NCBI GenBank assembly: GCA_024763185.1
Contig: JANTFY010000001.1
Coordinates: 1 to 55,702, forward strand
Direction: 5' to 3'
Length of the DNA stretch: 55,702 bases
Origin: Gammaproteobacteria bacterium
Lineage (GTDB): Bacteria; Pseudomonadota; Gammaproteobacteria; GCA-001735895
Shown here: one piece after another, positions 38,937 through 49,086 of the stretch
How the letters are laid out: every line of letters starts with the position of its first letter
How positions within the stretch are numbered: the stretch's first letter is position 1
Position numbers and translations under genes: made by a program
The notes under the pieces: model-generated
The model's input: the letters and a program-made list of their open reading frames with translations, nothing else
Databases searched by the model: none
What the model was told of the DNA's origin: nothing

Positions 38937-41237
38937 TTAGAAAGGTGCACCTAGCGAGAACTGGAAGTTCTTGGTGTCATCACCGGATTCATCATTGACC
39001 GGTTCAGCATAACTTAATTCTATTGGTCCCACCACGGTAAACCATTTTGCGGATAATCCAACAGAGGCACGCAGTTCCTGCCCTTCAAAATCATCAACAT
39101 CAGCAAAAACATTACCTGCGTCAAAGTATACCCCAAGGCGAAAACTTTCTGCACTCCCTAATGCTTCCACGGGAAATAATAATTCCAGGTTGGTCACAAA
39201 CTGAAAGTTGCCACCGAATGACTGCTGTTTCGAGTCTTTGGGACCCAGGCTGTTGTAATCATAACCGCGTACGGTTCTGACACCACCCGCGGTATATTTT
39301 TCGAAGAAGGGCAAATCGGTGGTTTCATTATAGGCTTCTCCATATCCCAAACGGTTCTTGAACGAAAAAGTTACGCCCTGGAAGACCGGAAACAGGGTTT
39401 GATGACGGAAGAAGGCTTTATAAAAATCCAGGTCGCCGCCATACACCTCAACACCCACGCTGTTGAGGGAGCCAGTATCCGGAAAAATCAGGCGATTGCG
39501 GCTGTCATTGCTGAAACTCATGCTGGCGAAAGCCATGTCGTAGCTGTCTCCAGAAGGATTGCTGCCACTCTCGTAGTCTTCATTGTTATCAATTATAAAA
39601 TTGGTGACTTCATCGGAACTGAATTCTGAAATGGAAATATCGTTATTTTCCAGGCCGAAACTGAAGTGGATTTTATTATACTCCGATAACGGAATACCGT
39701 ATTTCAAGGACAGCTTGATACGGTCTAGCAGGTAATTGGAAATATTCGCTTCAGAGGCATCGGTCTTGGTGTAGGACGCTGAAATCCCGCGGCTTATGCC
39801 ATCAGGCGTGTAATAGGGATTGGTATAACTGAATTCGTACTGTTCCTGGGCCTTGTTATTGTTAAACGTTATACCTAAGCGATTGCCCGACCCGAAAATA
39901 TTATCATGCGTCAGACCAAGATTGAAAAGGGCTCCCTGGGCCTGGGAGTAACCGGCACCGATGGTAAAACTACCGGAAAAACGCTCGGTAACCTTGACCA
40001 CCACATCCAGTAGATCTGGATTTTCCGGTACCTTGACCAATCGGGTATCCACACTGCTGATGAATTTCAATCGTTGTAAGCGTATCTTTGAACGACTTAT
40101 CTTGCTTTCGGAATACTGTGCGCCCTCAAACTGACGTAATTCGCGGCGTAATACATAATCCCGGGTCTTGGTATTGCCTTCAAAATTGATATTGCGCACG
40201 GTCATTTTCTTGCCCGGTTGAACTAACAGCGTCAGCGAAACCGTTTTGTCCTCATCGTTTATTTCCGGCAAGGTGTTGATATTGACAAACGCATAGCCTT
40301 CATCCCCAATCCGGCGCTGCATCAACTTGATCGATGAAGAGATTTGCTTACGCGAAAAATTATCGCCTTCACGAAATAACAGTAAGGCGGTCAGCTCTGA
40401 TTCTTCCACGACCAGTTCTCCGGTCAATTGAATATCACTGATACGATACTGCTCACCTTCATTCATGTTGATGGAAATATTGATGTCTTTTTTATCAGGC
40501 GTTATGGTGACCTGCTTGGAGTCCACATTGAAGCGTACATACCCCTTATCCAGATAAAAAGACCTTAGGGTTTCCAGGTCTCCGGATAATTTGGCACTGG
40601 AGTATTTATCGGCAGCAAACCAGGCACTGTCGGTCGCCTCCAGCTTGAATTCATCCAGCAATTCCTCTTCATCAAAATCCTGGTTACCGATCAAATTGAT
40701 GCTGCGAATACGTGCCGGTGAACCTTCTGAGATGTTGATGTCAACCTGTACCCGATCTTCGTCCAGTTCGGTTGCAGTTGCCTGCAGGCGGATGGAATAC
40801 TTGCCCAGAGAATAGTAAAGCTGCTGCAGTTCCTGTTCGAGTTTTTCCAGTAACTTTGGGTTATAGATTTTACCCTTGGTCATGCCTATCTGTTTGAGCG
40901 CATCCTGCATCACTTCATCATTCACCTCCTTGTTACCCTCAACATTCACCGCCGCAATAGCCGGTCTTTCCTCGACCTTTATCAATAGGGTGTTATTGTC
41001 CTGGTAAACCTCGATATTGTTAAAAAAACCCGTTTTGTATAACTCCCGAATCACCTCGGGTGAGCGAGCATAATCAAACGATTGCCCGGTTTTAACCGGC
41101 AGGTAATTCAATACCGTACCCACCGCTATCTTTTTTATACCCTCGATTTCAATATCCTGAATGACGAAAGATGAGGCATAGGCATTAACAAAAAGCCCAG
41201 TTAGCAGTAACAGGGGTAAAACACGCAAAAATTTCAA
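38937..41237 (-). CDS. bamA: Outer-membrane protein assembly factor BamA
   Basis: Five POTRA-like repeats precede a C-terminal beta-barrel that ends in ...FQFSLGAPF. Confidence 0.95.
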   Translation of the reverse strand: MKFLRVLPLLLLTGLFVNAYASSFVIQDIEIEGIKKIAVGTVLNYLPVKTGQSFDYARSPEVIRELYKTGFFNNIEVYQDNNTLLIKVEERPAIAAVNVEGNKEVNDEVMQDALKQIGMTKGKIYNPKLLEKLEQELQQLYYSLGKYSIRLQATATELDEDRVQVDINISEGSPARIRSINLIGNQDFDEEELLDEFKLEATDSAWFAADKYSSAKLSGDLETLRSFYLDKGYVRFNVDSKQVTITPDKKDINISINMNEGEQYRISDIQLTGELVVEESELTALLLFREGDNFSRKQISSSIKLMQRRIGDEGYAFVNINTLPEINDEDKTVSLTLLVQPGKKMTVRNINFEGNTKTRDYVLRRELRQFEGAQYSESKISRSKIRLQRLKFISSVDTRLVKVPENPDLLDVVVKVTERFSGSFTIGAGYSQAQGALFNLGLTHDNIFGSGNRLGITFNNNKAQEQYEFSYTNPYYTPDGISRGISASYTKTDASEANISNYLLDRIKLSLKYGIPLSEYNKIHFSFGLENNDISISEFSSDEVTNFIIDNNEDYESGSNPSGDSYDMAFASMSFSNDSRNRLIFPDTGSLNSVGVEVYGGDLDFYKAFFRHQTLFPVFQGVTFSFKNRLGYGEAYNETTDLPFFEKYTAGGVRTVRGYDYNSLGPKDSKQQSFGGNFQFVTNLELLFPVEALGSAESFRLGVYFDAGNVFADVDDFEGQELRASVGLSAKWFTVVGPIELSYAEPVNDESGDDTKNFQFSLGAPF

Positions 41238-41238
41238 G

Positions 41239-42618
41239 CTAATCCACCAGTCTCAAGATATCGTTATAAATCGCAATCGTCATCAACATCAATAACACCA
41301 CCAGGCCTATACGCTGGCCAATAGACTCCACGGCCTCCGACACCGGACTGCCCTTGATAATTTCAACGATATAATAAAATAAATGTCCGCCATCCAGCAT
41401 CGGTATCGGTAACAGGTTTAACACCCCCAGACTGATACTGATAATGGCCAGAAAAGCGAGGAACTGTTCCAGGCCAATACGCGCAGACAAGCCTGCGTAT
41501 TTGGCGATGGTGATCGGACCACTCAGGTTTTTAAGACTGGCCTCGCCAATCACCAGCTTTCCCAGCACTTTCAGGGTCAACACCGACATTTGCCAGGTTT
41601 TATCCATTGCGGCGATGGCCGCGCCCACAGGCCCATGCTTTTCAACCACGCGCAATTGCTGCCGCATCTGTTCGGGTATCACGATCACATTTTTAACCCC
41701 GATATAACCGAAGGACTCCCCATCCTGAGTTTTTTTACGCGGGGTAATCGTTAAAACCTTGCGCGCACCCTCCCTCTCAACAACCAGTTGCATGGCCCTG
41801 TCCGGGTTGGCGCGAATGGCATCTACCCATTGGCGCACATTGGTAATAGTGATGCCATCCAGCGAGACAATATAATCTCCGGCTATCAATCCAGCCGCTT
41901 CGGCGGCCCCACCGGGTAAGACTTCATCGATACGTGGGGCGATTTCTGGCCGCCACATCGATAATCCCAGGCGCTTCAGGATATCAGCCTGTTCATCCTG
42001 CAAGATTGAGAGATTTTGCGTCTCCAGGCTGAGCTGCCGAATCTGCAGGTCCTGCCCTTGTATTTTCAGGTTTAATACCGAACCATCCACCGCTTCGTGT
42101 AATAACGTCAAGCGGGCTTTCTCCCAACTCGGTGTTTCAATCCCGTTGATCGACAGGATAAGGTCTTTTTTCTGTATGCCGGCTGAATAGGCCACGCTCG
42201 GGTAAGTGACGTCACCGATATAAGGCTTGATGCCGCTGACGCCACTCATATACATCAGGCTGTAAGCCATAATGGCAAAGATAAAATTGAACGCAGGTCC
42301 GGCAAAAACGATGGCAAATCGTTTGCTGACCGACTGGCGATTAAACGCACGCGGTAATTCATGCTCTTCGACCTCGCCTTCGCGTTCATCCAGCATCTTG
42401 ACATAACCGCCCAGTGGTATGGCCGCCAGGGCATACTCTGTCTGGTCGGTGCCCGCCTTCCTGATCCACAGGGGTTTGCCAAAACCTACGGAAAAACGCA
42501 GCACCTTAACGCCGCATTTGCGAGCAACCCAGTAGTGGCCAAATTCGTGAATTGTGACCAATATGCCAATGGCCAGGATAAAAGCAGCTGCGCTGTATAA
42601 AAATGACAAGATGTCCAT
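41239..42618 (-). CDS. rseP: Site-2 zinc metalloprotease RseP
   Basis: The HEFGHYWVAR motif, two PDZ domains and the LNLLPIPMLDGGH motif are present. Confidence 0.93.
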   Translation of the reverse strand: MDILSFLYSAAAFILAIGILVTIHEFGHYWVARKCGVKVLRFSVGFGKPLWIRKAGTDQTEYALAAIPLGGYVKMLDEREGEVEEHELPRAFNRQSVSKRFAIVFAGPAFNFIFAIMAYSLMYMSGVSGIKPYIGDVTYPSVAYSAGIQKKDLILSINGIETPSWEKARLTLLHEAVDGSVLNLKIQGQDLQIRQLSLETQNLSILQDEQADILKRLGLSMWRPEIAPRIDEVLPGGAAEAAGLIAGDYIVSLDGITITNVRQWVDAIRANPDRAMQLVVEREGARKVLTITPRKKTQDGESFGYIGVKNVIVIPEQMRQQLRVVEKHGPVGAAIAAMDKTWQMSVLTLKVLGKLVIGEASLKNLSGPITIAKYAGLSARIGLEQFLAFLAIISISLGVLNLLPIPMLDGGHLFYYIVEIIKGSPVSEAVESIGQRIGLVVLLMLMTIAIYNDILRLVD

Positions 42619-42622
42619 CGGA

Positions 42623-43795
42623 TTAGCCGTTCAAGATAGTCTGCTGGGTATATGTTCTCGCCTTGCGGTCATCCTGCAGAATTTCCTGCAGGTTATCGGT
42701 TTGACGGGATTGTACATGATTCATGGTATTTTCTATTAATTCTGCAATTTGGGTAAAGGCAATATCTCGCTGTAAAAACGCCTGCACGGCAATTTCATTG
42801 GCCGCATTCAGAATGGCCATGCTGGTACCACCCTGTTCAACGGCCTGCCTCGCCAGACGCAGGCAGGGAAAGCGGTTTTCATCAGCCTGTTCAAAATTTA
42901 ATTGACTGACCTGAACCAGATCCAATGGTTCCACCCCGCTGACAATACGATCAGGCCAACCTAATGCATTGGCGATGGGAGTACGCATATCCGGTAGCCC
43001 CATTTGTGCCAGCACCGAACCATCGCTGTAAGCCACCATGGAATGGATAATACTCTGTGGATGTAACACGATGTCCACATCATAGTGAGGCACATCAAAT
43101 AACCAGCAGGCCTCTATCAGCTCCAGTCCCTTGTTCATCATGGTCGCTGAATCGACCGATATTTTCGGCCCCATGCTCCAATTGGGATGCGCGATGGCCT
43201 GCTCCGGAGTAATAGACGAAAACTGTTCCAGCGGGGTTTCCCGAAAGGGCCCGCCGGAACCGGTTAACAGAATTTTTGTCACGCCATTTTGTTTCAGGCC
43301 CGATGGATAATTGCCCGGCAGGCATTGGAAAATGGCGTTGTGCTCGCTGTCTATGGGTAACAGTTCGGCATTAAATTTACTCACCTCGTGCATGAATAAA
43401 TGGCCGGCCATGACCAGTGCCTCTTTATTGGCCAGCAATACGCGTTTGCCGGCACGCACCGCGGACAATGTCGGCATCAGGCCCACGGCCCCGACTATGG
43501 CGGCCATGACAACATCAACCTCCGCGGCAGCGGATACTTCGCCAAGCGCCTGCTCACCGCCAAGCACCTGTAGGTGAGGAAGATCCGTTAATTGTGCCTG
43601 TAACAGGGAGGCACTTTCAGCATCAGCCATAACCGCCACCTGCGGACTATAGCGCCGGCAAATCTCTGCCATTTTGTCGACCTGGGTATTCGCCGTCACC
43701 GCATACAATTGATACTGATCTTGATGCCTGGACAACACATCCAGGGTACTTTGCCCGATCGATCCGGTTGCACCCAGTATACAGACTGCTTTCAC
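42623..43795 (-). CDS. dxr: 1-deoxy-D-xylulose-5-phosphate reductoisomerase
   Basis: [20 protein letters not shown] and [12 protein letters not shown] motifs are present. The start codon is GTG. Confidence 0.95.
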   Translation of the reverse strand: MKAVCILGATGSIGQSTLDVLSRHQDQYQLYAVTANTQVDKMAEICRRYSPQVAVMADAESASLLQAQLTDLPHLQVLGGEQALGEVSAAAEVDVVMAAIVGAVGLMPTLSAVRAGKRVLLANKEALVMAGHLFMHEVSKFNAELLPIDSEHNAIFQCLPGNYPSGLKQNGVTKILLTGSGGPFRETPLEQFSSITPEQAIAHPNWSMGPKISVDSATMMNKGLELIEACWLFDVPHYDVDIVLHPQSIIHSMVAYSDGSVLAQMGLPDMRTPIANALGWPDRIVSGVEPLDLVQVSQLNFEQADENRFPCLRLARQAVEQGGTSMAILNAANEIAVQAFLQRDIAFTQIAELIENTMNHVQSRQTDNLQEILQDDRKARTYTQQTILNG

Positions 43796-44617
43796 TTAAA
43801 CGGCCCCCAGTATAAACAGTCCACTAAGATAAACCGGTGTTGCCGCGATCACCGAATCAATGCGATCCAGTACTCCGCCGTGCCCCGGTAATATGCGACC
43901 ACTGTCCTTCAATCCGGCTTCACGTTTAAGGATGCTTTCGTACAGATCGCCCACCACCGAGAATGCGGCGGTAACCAGACCGAGCATTAAAAATGGCAGA
44001 TACGGCAGTCCCCAGCCTTCGCTCAGGTAATAGACCAGGGTTATCCAAAATGCATTTAAAATCAGGCCGCCGAGTACCCCTTCCCATGTTTTTCCTGGGC
44101 TGATGCCCGGGGCCAGTTTGTTTTTACCAAACGATTTTCCGGAAAAATAAGCACCGATGTCAGCCACCCACACCAGGGTCAACAGGTACATCAATATCCA
44201 ACTGCCCTGCTCAAAATGCTGGTGAATAAAAACCAGACCCTGTACACAGATCCAGATCAGTAGTGCAGAAAATAAAAAACTGAACAATCGGCGCGAATAG
44301 GTCCACTGCCCGGAAAATCGATAACCCAGCATAAACAGTAATATCAAGAGCCACATCACCAGGCCAGTATAACTGTGATAATAAATTTCAGGAATATCCA
44401 GGCCAGGTTGAACAATAAAAAACAAAACCACCATGGCCAGTCCCAGTATCCACTGGGCGGACTTTTGCCGGCTTAGCGTCATGTTCACCAGCTCGATTGT
44501 TGCCGCCAACAGAATCAATGCAAACAACACTGAAACATACAGGCTGTCGAGAAAAAAAATGGTGCCAACCACGACCAGCGCAAGGATAAGGGCGGTGAAG
44601 ATTCTTTGTTTTAACAC
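43796..44617 (-). CDS. cdsA: Phosphatidate cytidylyltransferase
   Basis: The C-terminal signature is SILKREAGLKDSGRILPGHGGVLDRIDS. I favour GTG at 44617 (VLKQRIFTAL..., 4 nt after the uppS stop). An upstream ATG at 44656 would overlap uppS by 35 nt. Confidence 0.88.
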   Translation of the reverse strand: MLKQRIFTALILALVVVGTIFFLDSLYVSVLFALILLAATIELVNMTLSRQKSAQWILGLAMVVLFFIVQPGLDIPEIYYHSYTGLVMWLLILLFMLGYRFSGQWTYSRRLFSFLFSALLIWICVQGLVFIHQHFEQGSWILMYLLTLVWVADIGAYFSGKSFGKNKLAPGISPGKTWEGVLGGLILNAFWITLVYYLSEGWGLPYLPFLMLGLVTAAFSVVGDLYESILKREAGLKDSGRILPGHGGVLDRIDSVIAATPVYLSGLFILGAV

Positions 44618-44621
44618 GATA

Positions 44622-45365
44622 TTAGCCCGCCCCGACCTGCTCGGCCGTTTTTCCAAAACGACGCTGACGGCTTGTATAGTTGTCCAACGATTGCTGCATC
44701 ACCAACTCGGAAAAATCAGGCCATAGCGTATCGGTGAAAAACAATTCGGTATAGGCCAACTGCCACAGTAGAAAATTACTGATACGTTGTTCACCACCGG
44801 TACGGATAAACAGATCCGGGTCAGGGGTACCCGCCAGGCTCAAGTGTGCAGCCAGATCCTGCTCGGAAATGGTCTCGGGATCCAGGCTGTTGTTTTTAAC
44901 TTTCGATGCCAGCTGTTTTGCTGCCTGCAGAATATCCCACTGCCCTCCATAGTTGGCTGCGATATTCAACGTCATCACATTATTATCAGCGGTTTGTGAT
45001 TCCGATTTTTCAATCTGCTTGACCAGCTTGTTGCTAAAAGCCGCGCGATTACCAATAAAACGGATGCGGATACCATTCTTGATGAGTTCCCCGGTATTTT
45101 TTTCCAGTGAAGTGACAAACAGCGACATCAGTGTGGAGACCTCTTCGCTGGGACGATTCCAGTTTTCACTGCTGAAAGCAAACAGGGTCAGGTGGCTGAC
45201 ACCAGCCCTGGCATAAAAAGCGATGGCCTTGCGCGTAGCTTCGACCCCTTTTTTATGGCCATAGGTGCGCGGCATCTTTCTTTGCTGGGCCCAGCGTCCG
45301 TTACCATCCATAATAATGGCAACGTGTTTGGGAATAACAGAAGTAGCTTCAGTAGAGCTCGGCAT
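44622..45365 (-). CDS. uppS: Ditrans,polycis-undecaprenyl-diphosphate synthase
   Basis: HVAIIMDGNGRWA and RTGGEQRISNFLLWQLAYTELFF motifs are present. Confidence 0.93.
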   Translation of the reverse strand: MPSSTEATSVIPKHVAIIMDGNGRWAQQRKMPRTYGHKKGVEATRKAIAFYARAGVSHLTLFAFSSENWNRPSEEVSTLMSLFVTSLEKNTGELIKNGIRIRFIGNRAAFSNKLVKQIEKSESQTADNNVMTLNIAANYGGQWDILQAAKQLASKVKNNSLDPETISEQDLAAHLSLAGTPDPDLFIRTGGEQRISNFLLWQLAYTELFFTDTLWPDFSELVMQQSLDNYTSRQRRFGKTAEQVGAG

Positions 45366-45401
45366 GAAACGCGGCGGTGTAACAGTATTAAGCGACTGTT
45401 A

Positions 45402-45959
45402 TCAGATTTCCATCAGCTCTTTTTCTTTTTCCTGCAGCAACTCTTCCAGTTTGGCAATGGATTGATCCGTCACCTTTTGCACCAGTTCCTGGCCTTTACG
45501 CTCCTCGTCCTCGGAAATTTCCTTTTCCTTTTGATAGCTTTTCAAATCACTGTTGGCATCACGACGGATATTCCTGACCGCAACGCGGGCATTCTCCGTC
45601 AGCTCCTTGACCACTTTTACCAGATCACGTCGACGCTCTTCGGTCAGCGCGGGCATGGGTACGCGGATCACGGTACCGGCGGAAGACGGGTTCAGGCCCA
45701 GGTCCGAAGTCATGATGGCTTTTTCAATGGCCGGGGTCATGGAGCTGTCGAAAGCGGTGACCGCCAGGGTTCTGGCATCTTCAGCGGTAATATTGGCCGC
45801 CTGATTGATCGGTACCTCGCTACCGTAATAATCAACGGTGACATGATCCAGCAAACTGGCATGTGCCCGACCGGTACGTATTTTTAACAATTCGGTTTTA
45901 TAGGCTTCAATACTTTTATTCATACGGGCCAAGGCATCCTTCTGGATATCTTCTATCAT
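45402..45959 (-). CDS. frr: Ribosome recycling factor
   Basis: The 185 aa product has [15 protein letters not shown] and [18 protein letters not shown] motifs. Confidence 0.95.
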   Translation of the reverse strand: MIEDIQKDALARMNKSIEAYKTELLKIRTGRAHASLLDHVTVDYYGSEVPINQAANITAEDARTLAVTAFDSSMTPAIEKAIMTSDLGLNPSSAGTVIRVPMPALTEERRRDLVKVVKELTENARVAVRNIRRDANSDLKSYQKEKEISEDEERKGQELVQKVTDQSIAKLEELLQEKEKELMEI

Positions 45960-45970
45960 TTTTTATTCCT

Positions 45971-46687
45971 CTAATTGGTTACTCGGGTTCCAAGATTTTC
46001 ACCCCTGGCCAAAGCCAGTAGCGCACCGGTTTCACTGATATTACAGACCGCCATGTCCAGGTTATTTTCATGACACATGACCATTGCGGTAATATCCATG
46101 ACACCCAGCCTCTGGTCTATCGCCTGTTGATAGGAAAGTTGATCATAACGCGTTGCGTTTGGATTCTTAACCGGATCATCATCATAAATACCATCAACCT
46201 TGGTCGCCTTGATCATCAGGTCAGCCTGGATTTCTATGGCCCTGAGACTGGCCCCGGTATCGGTGGTAAAGTAAGGGTTGCCGGTACCTGCTGCAAATAT
46301 CACGATTTCACCCTGCGAGATACGATCACGCGCGTCTCGCTGGGTATAGTTTTCACAAACCTGCGGCATCGACAGTCCCGACATAACGCTGCATTTTAAG
46401 CCCTGTTTGTGCAAGCCGTCTTTCATGGCAATGGCATTCATCACCGTGGCCAACATACCCATGTGATCACCGGCTACACGGTCCAGACCGGCAGCAGCCA
46501 GACCCGCGCCACGGAAGATATTCCCCCCGCCGATGACCAGGCCAATCTCCACACCGGCCTGTTGCAGGTTTTGCAACTCAAGCGCAAGATTCCTGATCAT
46601 GCCAGGGTCAATACCAAAATCATATTGTCCCATCAGGGCTTCACCACTGAGTTTGACGAGCAGGCGTTTGTATTTAAGATCAGTCAT
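45971..46687 (-). CDS. pyrH: UMP kinase
   Basis: YKRLLVKLSGEAL, VIGGGNIFRG and TKVDGIYDDDP motifs are present. Confidence 0.95.
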   Translation of the reverse strand: MTDLKYKRLLVKLSGEALMGQYDFGIDPGMIRNLALELQNLQQAGVEIGLVIGGGNIFRGAGLAAAGLDRVAGDHMGMLATVMNAIAMKDGLHKQGLKCSVMSGLSMPQVCENYTQRDARDRISQGEIVIFAAGTGNPYFTTDTGASLRAIEIQADLMIKATKVDGIYDDDPVKNPNATRYDQLSYQQAIDQRLGVMDITAMVMCHENNLDMAVCNISETGALLALARGENLGTRVTN

Positions 46688-46858
46688 ATTTCTTCATCGG
46701 GTTAAAACATTCACCACTGACACCCGCATAGATGTTGGTAGTCAGGGCAATACAAAAACGATTGCCAACATTTCAGAGAACACGAAGAACTAATTGAGCC
46801 TGACTATAAACAATACTTTTTTTAGCTTCGTGTACTTCGGGATTAACTCTATCAATTT

Positions 46859-46886
46859 AAAAAAGGCCGCAGATGCGGCCTTTTTT
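46859..46886 (-). terminator. Rho-independent, potentially bidirectional terminator after tsf
   Basis: aaaaaaGGCCGCAgaTGCGGCCtttttt has a 7-bp GC stem flanked by A and T runs. It lies 11 nt beyond the tsf stop. Confidence 0.7.
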
Positions 46887-46896
46887 GTTAGCAGTG

Positions 46897-47769
46897 TTAG
46901 CCTTTTACCTGGGCCATGACTTCTGCAGCGAAGTCTTCCTGTTTCTTTTCAATGCCTTCACCCACTTCAAAACGGACGAAGCGGTTAACCTTGGCATTGG
47001 CCCCGGTGAGCAGTTTGCCGACCGTTTGATCAGGGTCCTTTACAAAGGGCTGGCCGAGCAGTGTTATTTCAGCCAGGAATTTCTTCAGGCGACCCTGAAT
47101 CATTTTTTCAATAATTTCAGCCGGCTTGCCACTGGACTCGGCCTGGGCAATCAGAATGGCTTTTTCTTTTTCAACCGTTTCAGCCGGCACCTCGGATTCA
47201 TCAACATGCTGGGGATTGACGGCAGCCACGTGCATGGCAATATCACGCGCCATATCGGTATCGGCACTGGAATCGACAATCACTCCAATCCTGGCGCCGT
47301 GCTGGTAAGACACCATGGCATCATCCGAAGTCAGGATTTGGAAACGGCGAACCTTGATGTTTTCACCAATCTTGGAAACCAGAGCTTCACGTGCCTGCTC
47401 AACGGTCTGGCCGCCAGCAGTGGTCATGGACGACAGGGTTTCAACATCCACAGGTTCCTGATCGAATACCACATCCGTCACCGCATCGGCAAAGGCCTGA
47501 AAATTGTCATCTTTGGCAACAAAATCGGTTTCACTGTTAACTTCAACAATTACCGCTTTTTTACCATCATCTGACAGCTTGATCTTGATGGCACCGTCGG
47601 CCGCAACTCGACCGGCCTTTTTATCGGCCTTGGCGGCACCGGATTTACGCATTAATTCGGCGGCTGCTTCGATATCACCGTCACTTTCGACCAGCGCTTT
47701 CTTGCACTCCATCATGCCTGCGCCAGTTCTTTCACGCAGTTCTTTTACTAAGGATGCTGTTATAGCCAC
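46897..47769 (-). CDS. tsf: Translation elongation factor Ts
   Basis: The N-terminus reads [28 protein letters not shown]. The rpsB-tsf order is conserved. Confidence 0.95.
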   Translation of the reverse strand: MAITASLVKELRERTGAGMMECKKALVESDGDIEAAAELMRKSGAAKADKKAGRVAADGAIKIKLSDDGKKAVIVEVNSETDFVAKDDNFQAFADAVTDVVFDQEPVDVETLSSMTTAGGQTVEQAREALVSKIGENIKVRRFQILTSDDAMVSYQHGARIGVIVDSSADTDMARDIAMHVAAVNPQHVDESEVPAETVEKEKAILIAQAESSGKPAEIIEKMIQGRLKKFLAEITLLGQPFVKDPDQTVGKLLTGANAKVNRFVRFEVGEGIEKKQEDFAAEVMAQVKG

Positions 47770-47804
47770 GTTGTATTCCTCATTTAATTCAATTCTAAAG
47801 ATTA

Positions 47805-48830
47805 TTACTCGGCTTCTTTTTTGGCTTCAGCCTTTTTGGTTGCGGCCTTTTTAGTAGCCGCTTTTTTAGTGGCTGCCTTTTTGGTTGCGGCTTTTTTGGT
47901 CGCTGCCTTTTTGGTTGCGGCTTTTTTGGTTGCTGCTTTCTTGGTTGCCGCTGCTTTATCCTCAGCCTCCTCAGCCGTCACCTCGGTCTTTTCTTCGGTT
48001 TCAACTGGCGCTTCCTGTGCAGTCTCGGATTTTGCTTTTGCAGTCACTGCTACTTTTTTGGGGGCGGCCTTGGCCTTGCCCGAATTTGCGACAACCGATC
48101 CATCTTCATCCAGCTCGATCAGTTCATCGTTTCCGGCGGCGACAACAATTGATGCCTTGCCATCGTTAATGGCTTCCGCCGCCAGGCGCGCATACAGATT
48201 GATGGCACGCATGGAATCATCATTACCCGGCACGATATATTCAATATCGTCGGGTGAATTGTTGGTATCAACAATACCGACCACCGGGATACCCAGCTTG
48301 CTGGCTTCCTGTACGGCAATCTTTTCGTAACCGACATCGATAACAAACAGGGCATCTGGCAGGCCACCCATGTCCTTGATACCGCCCAGGGTTTTATTCA
48401 GTTTTTCCTGTTCGCGTTGCAGGTTAAGGATTTCTTTCTTGTTTCTAACATCGTAGGAATTGTTTTCCGCCATCTCTTCCAGTTCTTTCAGGCGACGAAT
48501 CGACTGACGTACGGTACGGAAGTTGGTCAACATGCCGCCTAACCAGCGGTGATTTACGTAGGGCATATTGCAGCTTTCGGCAGCGGCCTTGACGGAATCG
48601 TGCGCGGCGCGTTTGGTGCCAACAAACAGGACCTTGCCTTTCTGAGAGGCGATTTTACCCAGGTAGCTGGTGGCCTCATTGAACATGGGTAGCGACTTTT
48701 CGAGATTGACGATGTGAATCTTGTTGCGTTCGCCGAAGATAAACGGCGCCATTTTAGGATTCCAGAAACGGGTTTGGTGACCGAAATGAACGCCCGCTTC
48801 CAACATTTCACGCATAGTGACGTTAGACAT
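47805..48830 (-). CDS. rpsB: 30S ribosomal protein S2 with a long C-terminal low-complexity extension
   Basis: [22 protein letters not shown] and the rest of the S2 core are present. At 341 aa it is much longer than E. coli S2 (241 aa). The tail is acidic and then (KKAAT)x8. Confidence 0.93.
   Translation of the reverse strand: MSNVTMREMLEAGVHFGHQTRFWNPKMAPFIFGERNKIHIVNLEKSLPMFNEATSYLGKIASQKGKVLFVGTKRAAHDSVKAAAESCNMPYVNHRWLGGMLTNFRTVRQSIRRLKELEEMAENNSYDVRNKKEILNLQREQEKLNKTLGGIKDMGGLPDALFVIDVGYEKIAVQEASKLGIPVVGIVDTNNSPDDIEYIVPGNDDSMRAINLYARLAAEAINDGKASIVVAAGNDELIELDEDGSVVANSGKAKAAPKKVAVTAKAKSETAQEAPVETEEKTEVTAEEAEDKAAATKKAATKKAATKKAATKKAATKKAATKKAATKKAATKKAEAKKEAE
47832..47951. repeat. Eight tandem 15-bp repeats inside the rpsB 3' end, encoding KKAAT x8
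   Basis: The plus strand reads ctttttggttgcggc / ctttttagtagccgc / ttttttagtggctgc / ctttttggttgcggc / ttttttggtcgctgc / ctttttggttgcggc / ttttttggttgctgc / tttcttggttgccgc. Confidence 0.9.
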
Positions 48831-49049
48831 AATAGTTTCTCCAGATGTCTTATAAAGTGTAAGGTTGTATCATTAACAACTGCATTACACTTTGGGTTAA
48901 ACCTCCACAAACCCCATTGTTAAGACCGGAACTCTGGTAAAATCCTGGCACCCGAAACAACGTGACGGAATGTGTGTGAATTTCACCCTTACGGGTGATT
49001 AAGTAGTATGCCTTCAATCAATGTTGCCGAAGGCGCGCGCTTTATACCA
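48831..49049 (-). promoter_or_regulatory. Structured rpsB 5' leader (candidate S2 autoregulatory element) with a candidate extended -10 promoter
   Basis: On the minus strand, TGGTATAAA (plus coordinates 49041-49049) is an extended -10. UCACCC-GUAA-GGGUGA forms a GNRA hairpin at 48983-48998. A 40-nt hairpin at 48854-48893 has a 9-bp outer stem (AAAGUGUAA/UUACACUUU) and an inner GUUGU/ACAAC stem. A GGAG SD lies 9 nt before the ATG. Confidence 0.45.
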
Positions 49050-49086
49050 TAATCGCATCTTTACAACAATAACCGTTTGAAATTTT

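Noticed and set aside
45380-45401. A hairpin (taacagt-N8-actgtta) directly after the frr stop
   Set aside because: The stem is a weak 7 bp and is not followed by a T-run on the coding strand, so it is not a canonical terminator. It might modulate frr-uppS read-through, but the sequence alone does not support a call.
45192-45887. A 231-aa ORF antisense to uppS and frr
   Set aside because: It spans two well-supported housekeeping genes on the opposite strand, crosses their intergenic gap, and has repetitive, implausible composition. It is a shadow ORF.
46873-47574. A 233-aa ORF antisense to tsf
   Set aside because: It is opposite a near-certain EF-Ts gene, starts inside the tsf terminator region, and has no motif. 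It is a shadow ORF.
47821-48330. A 169-aa plus-strand ORF made of (AAFLV)n repeats, opposite the rpsB 3' end
   Set aside because: It is the mirror image of the KKAAT repeat array in rpsB. The rpsB frame is continuous with the conserved S2 core, so the antisense reading is an artefact of the repeat.
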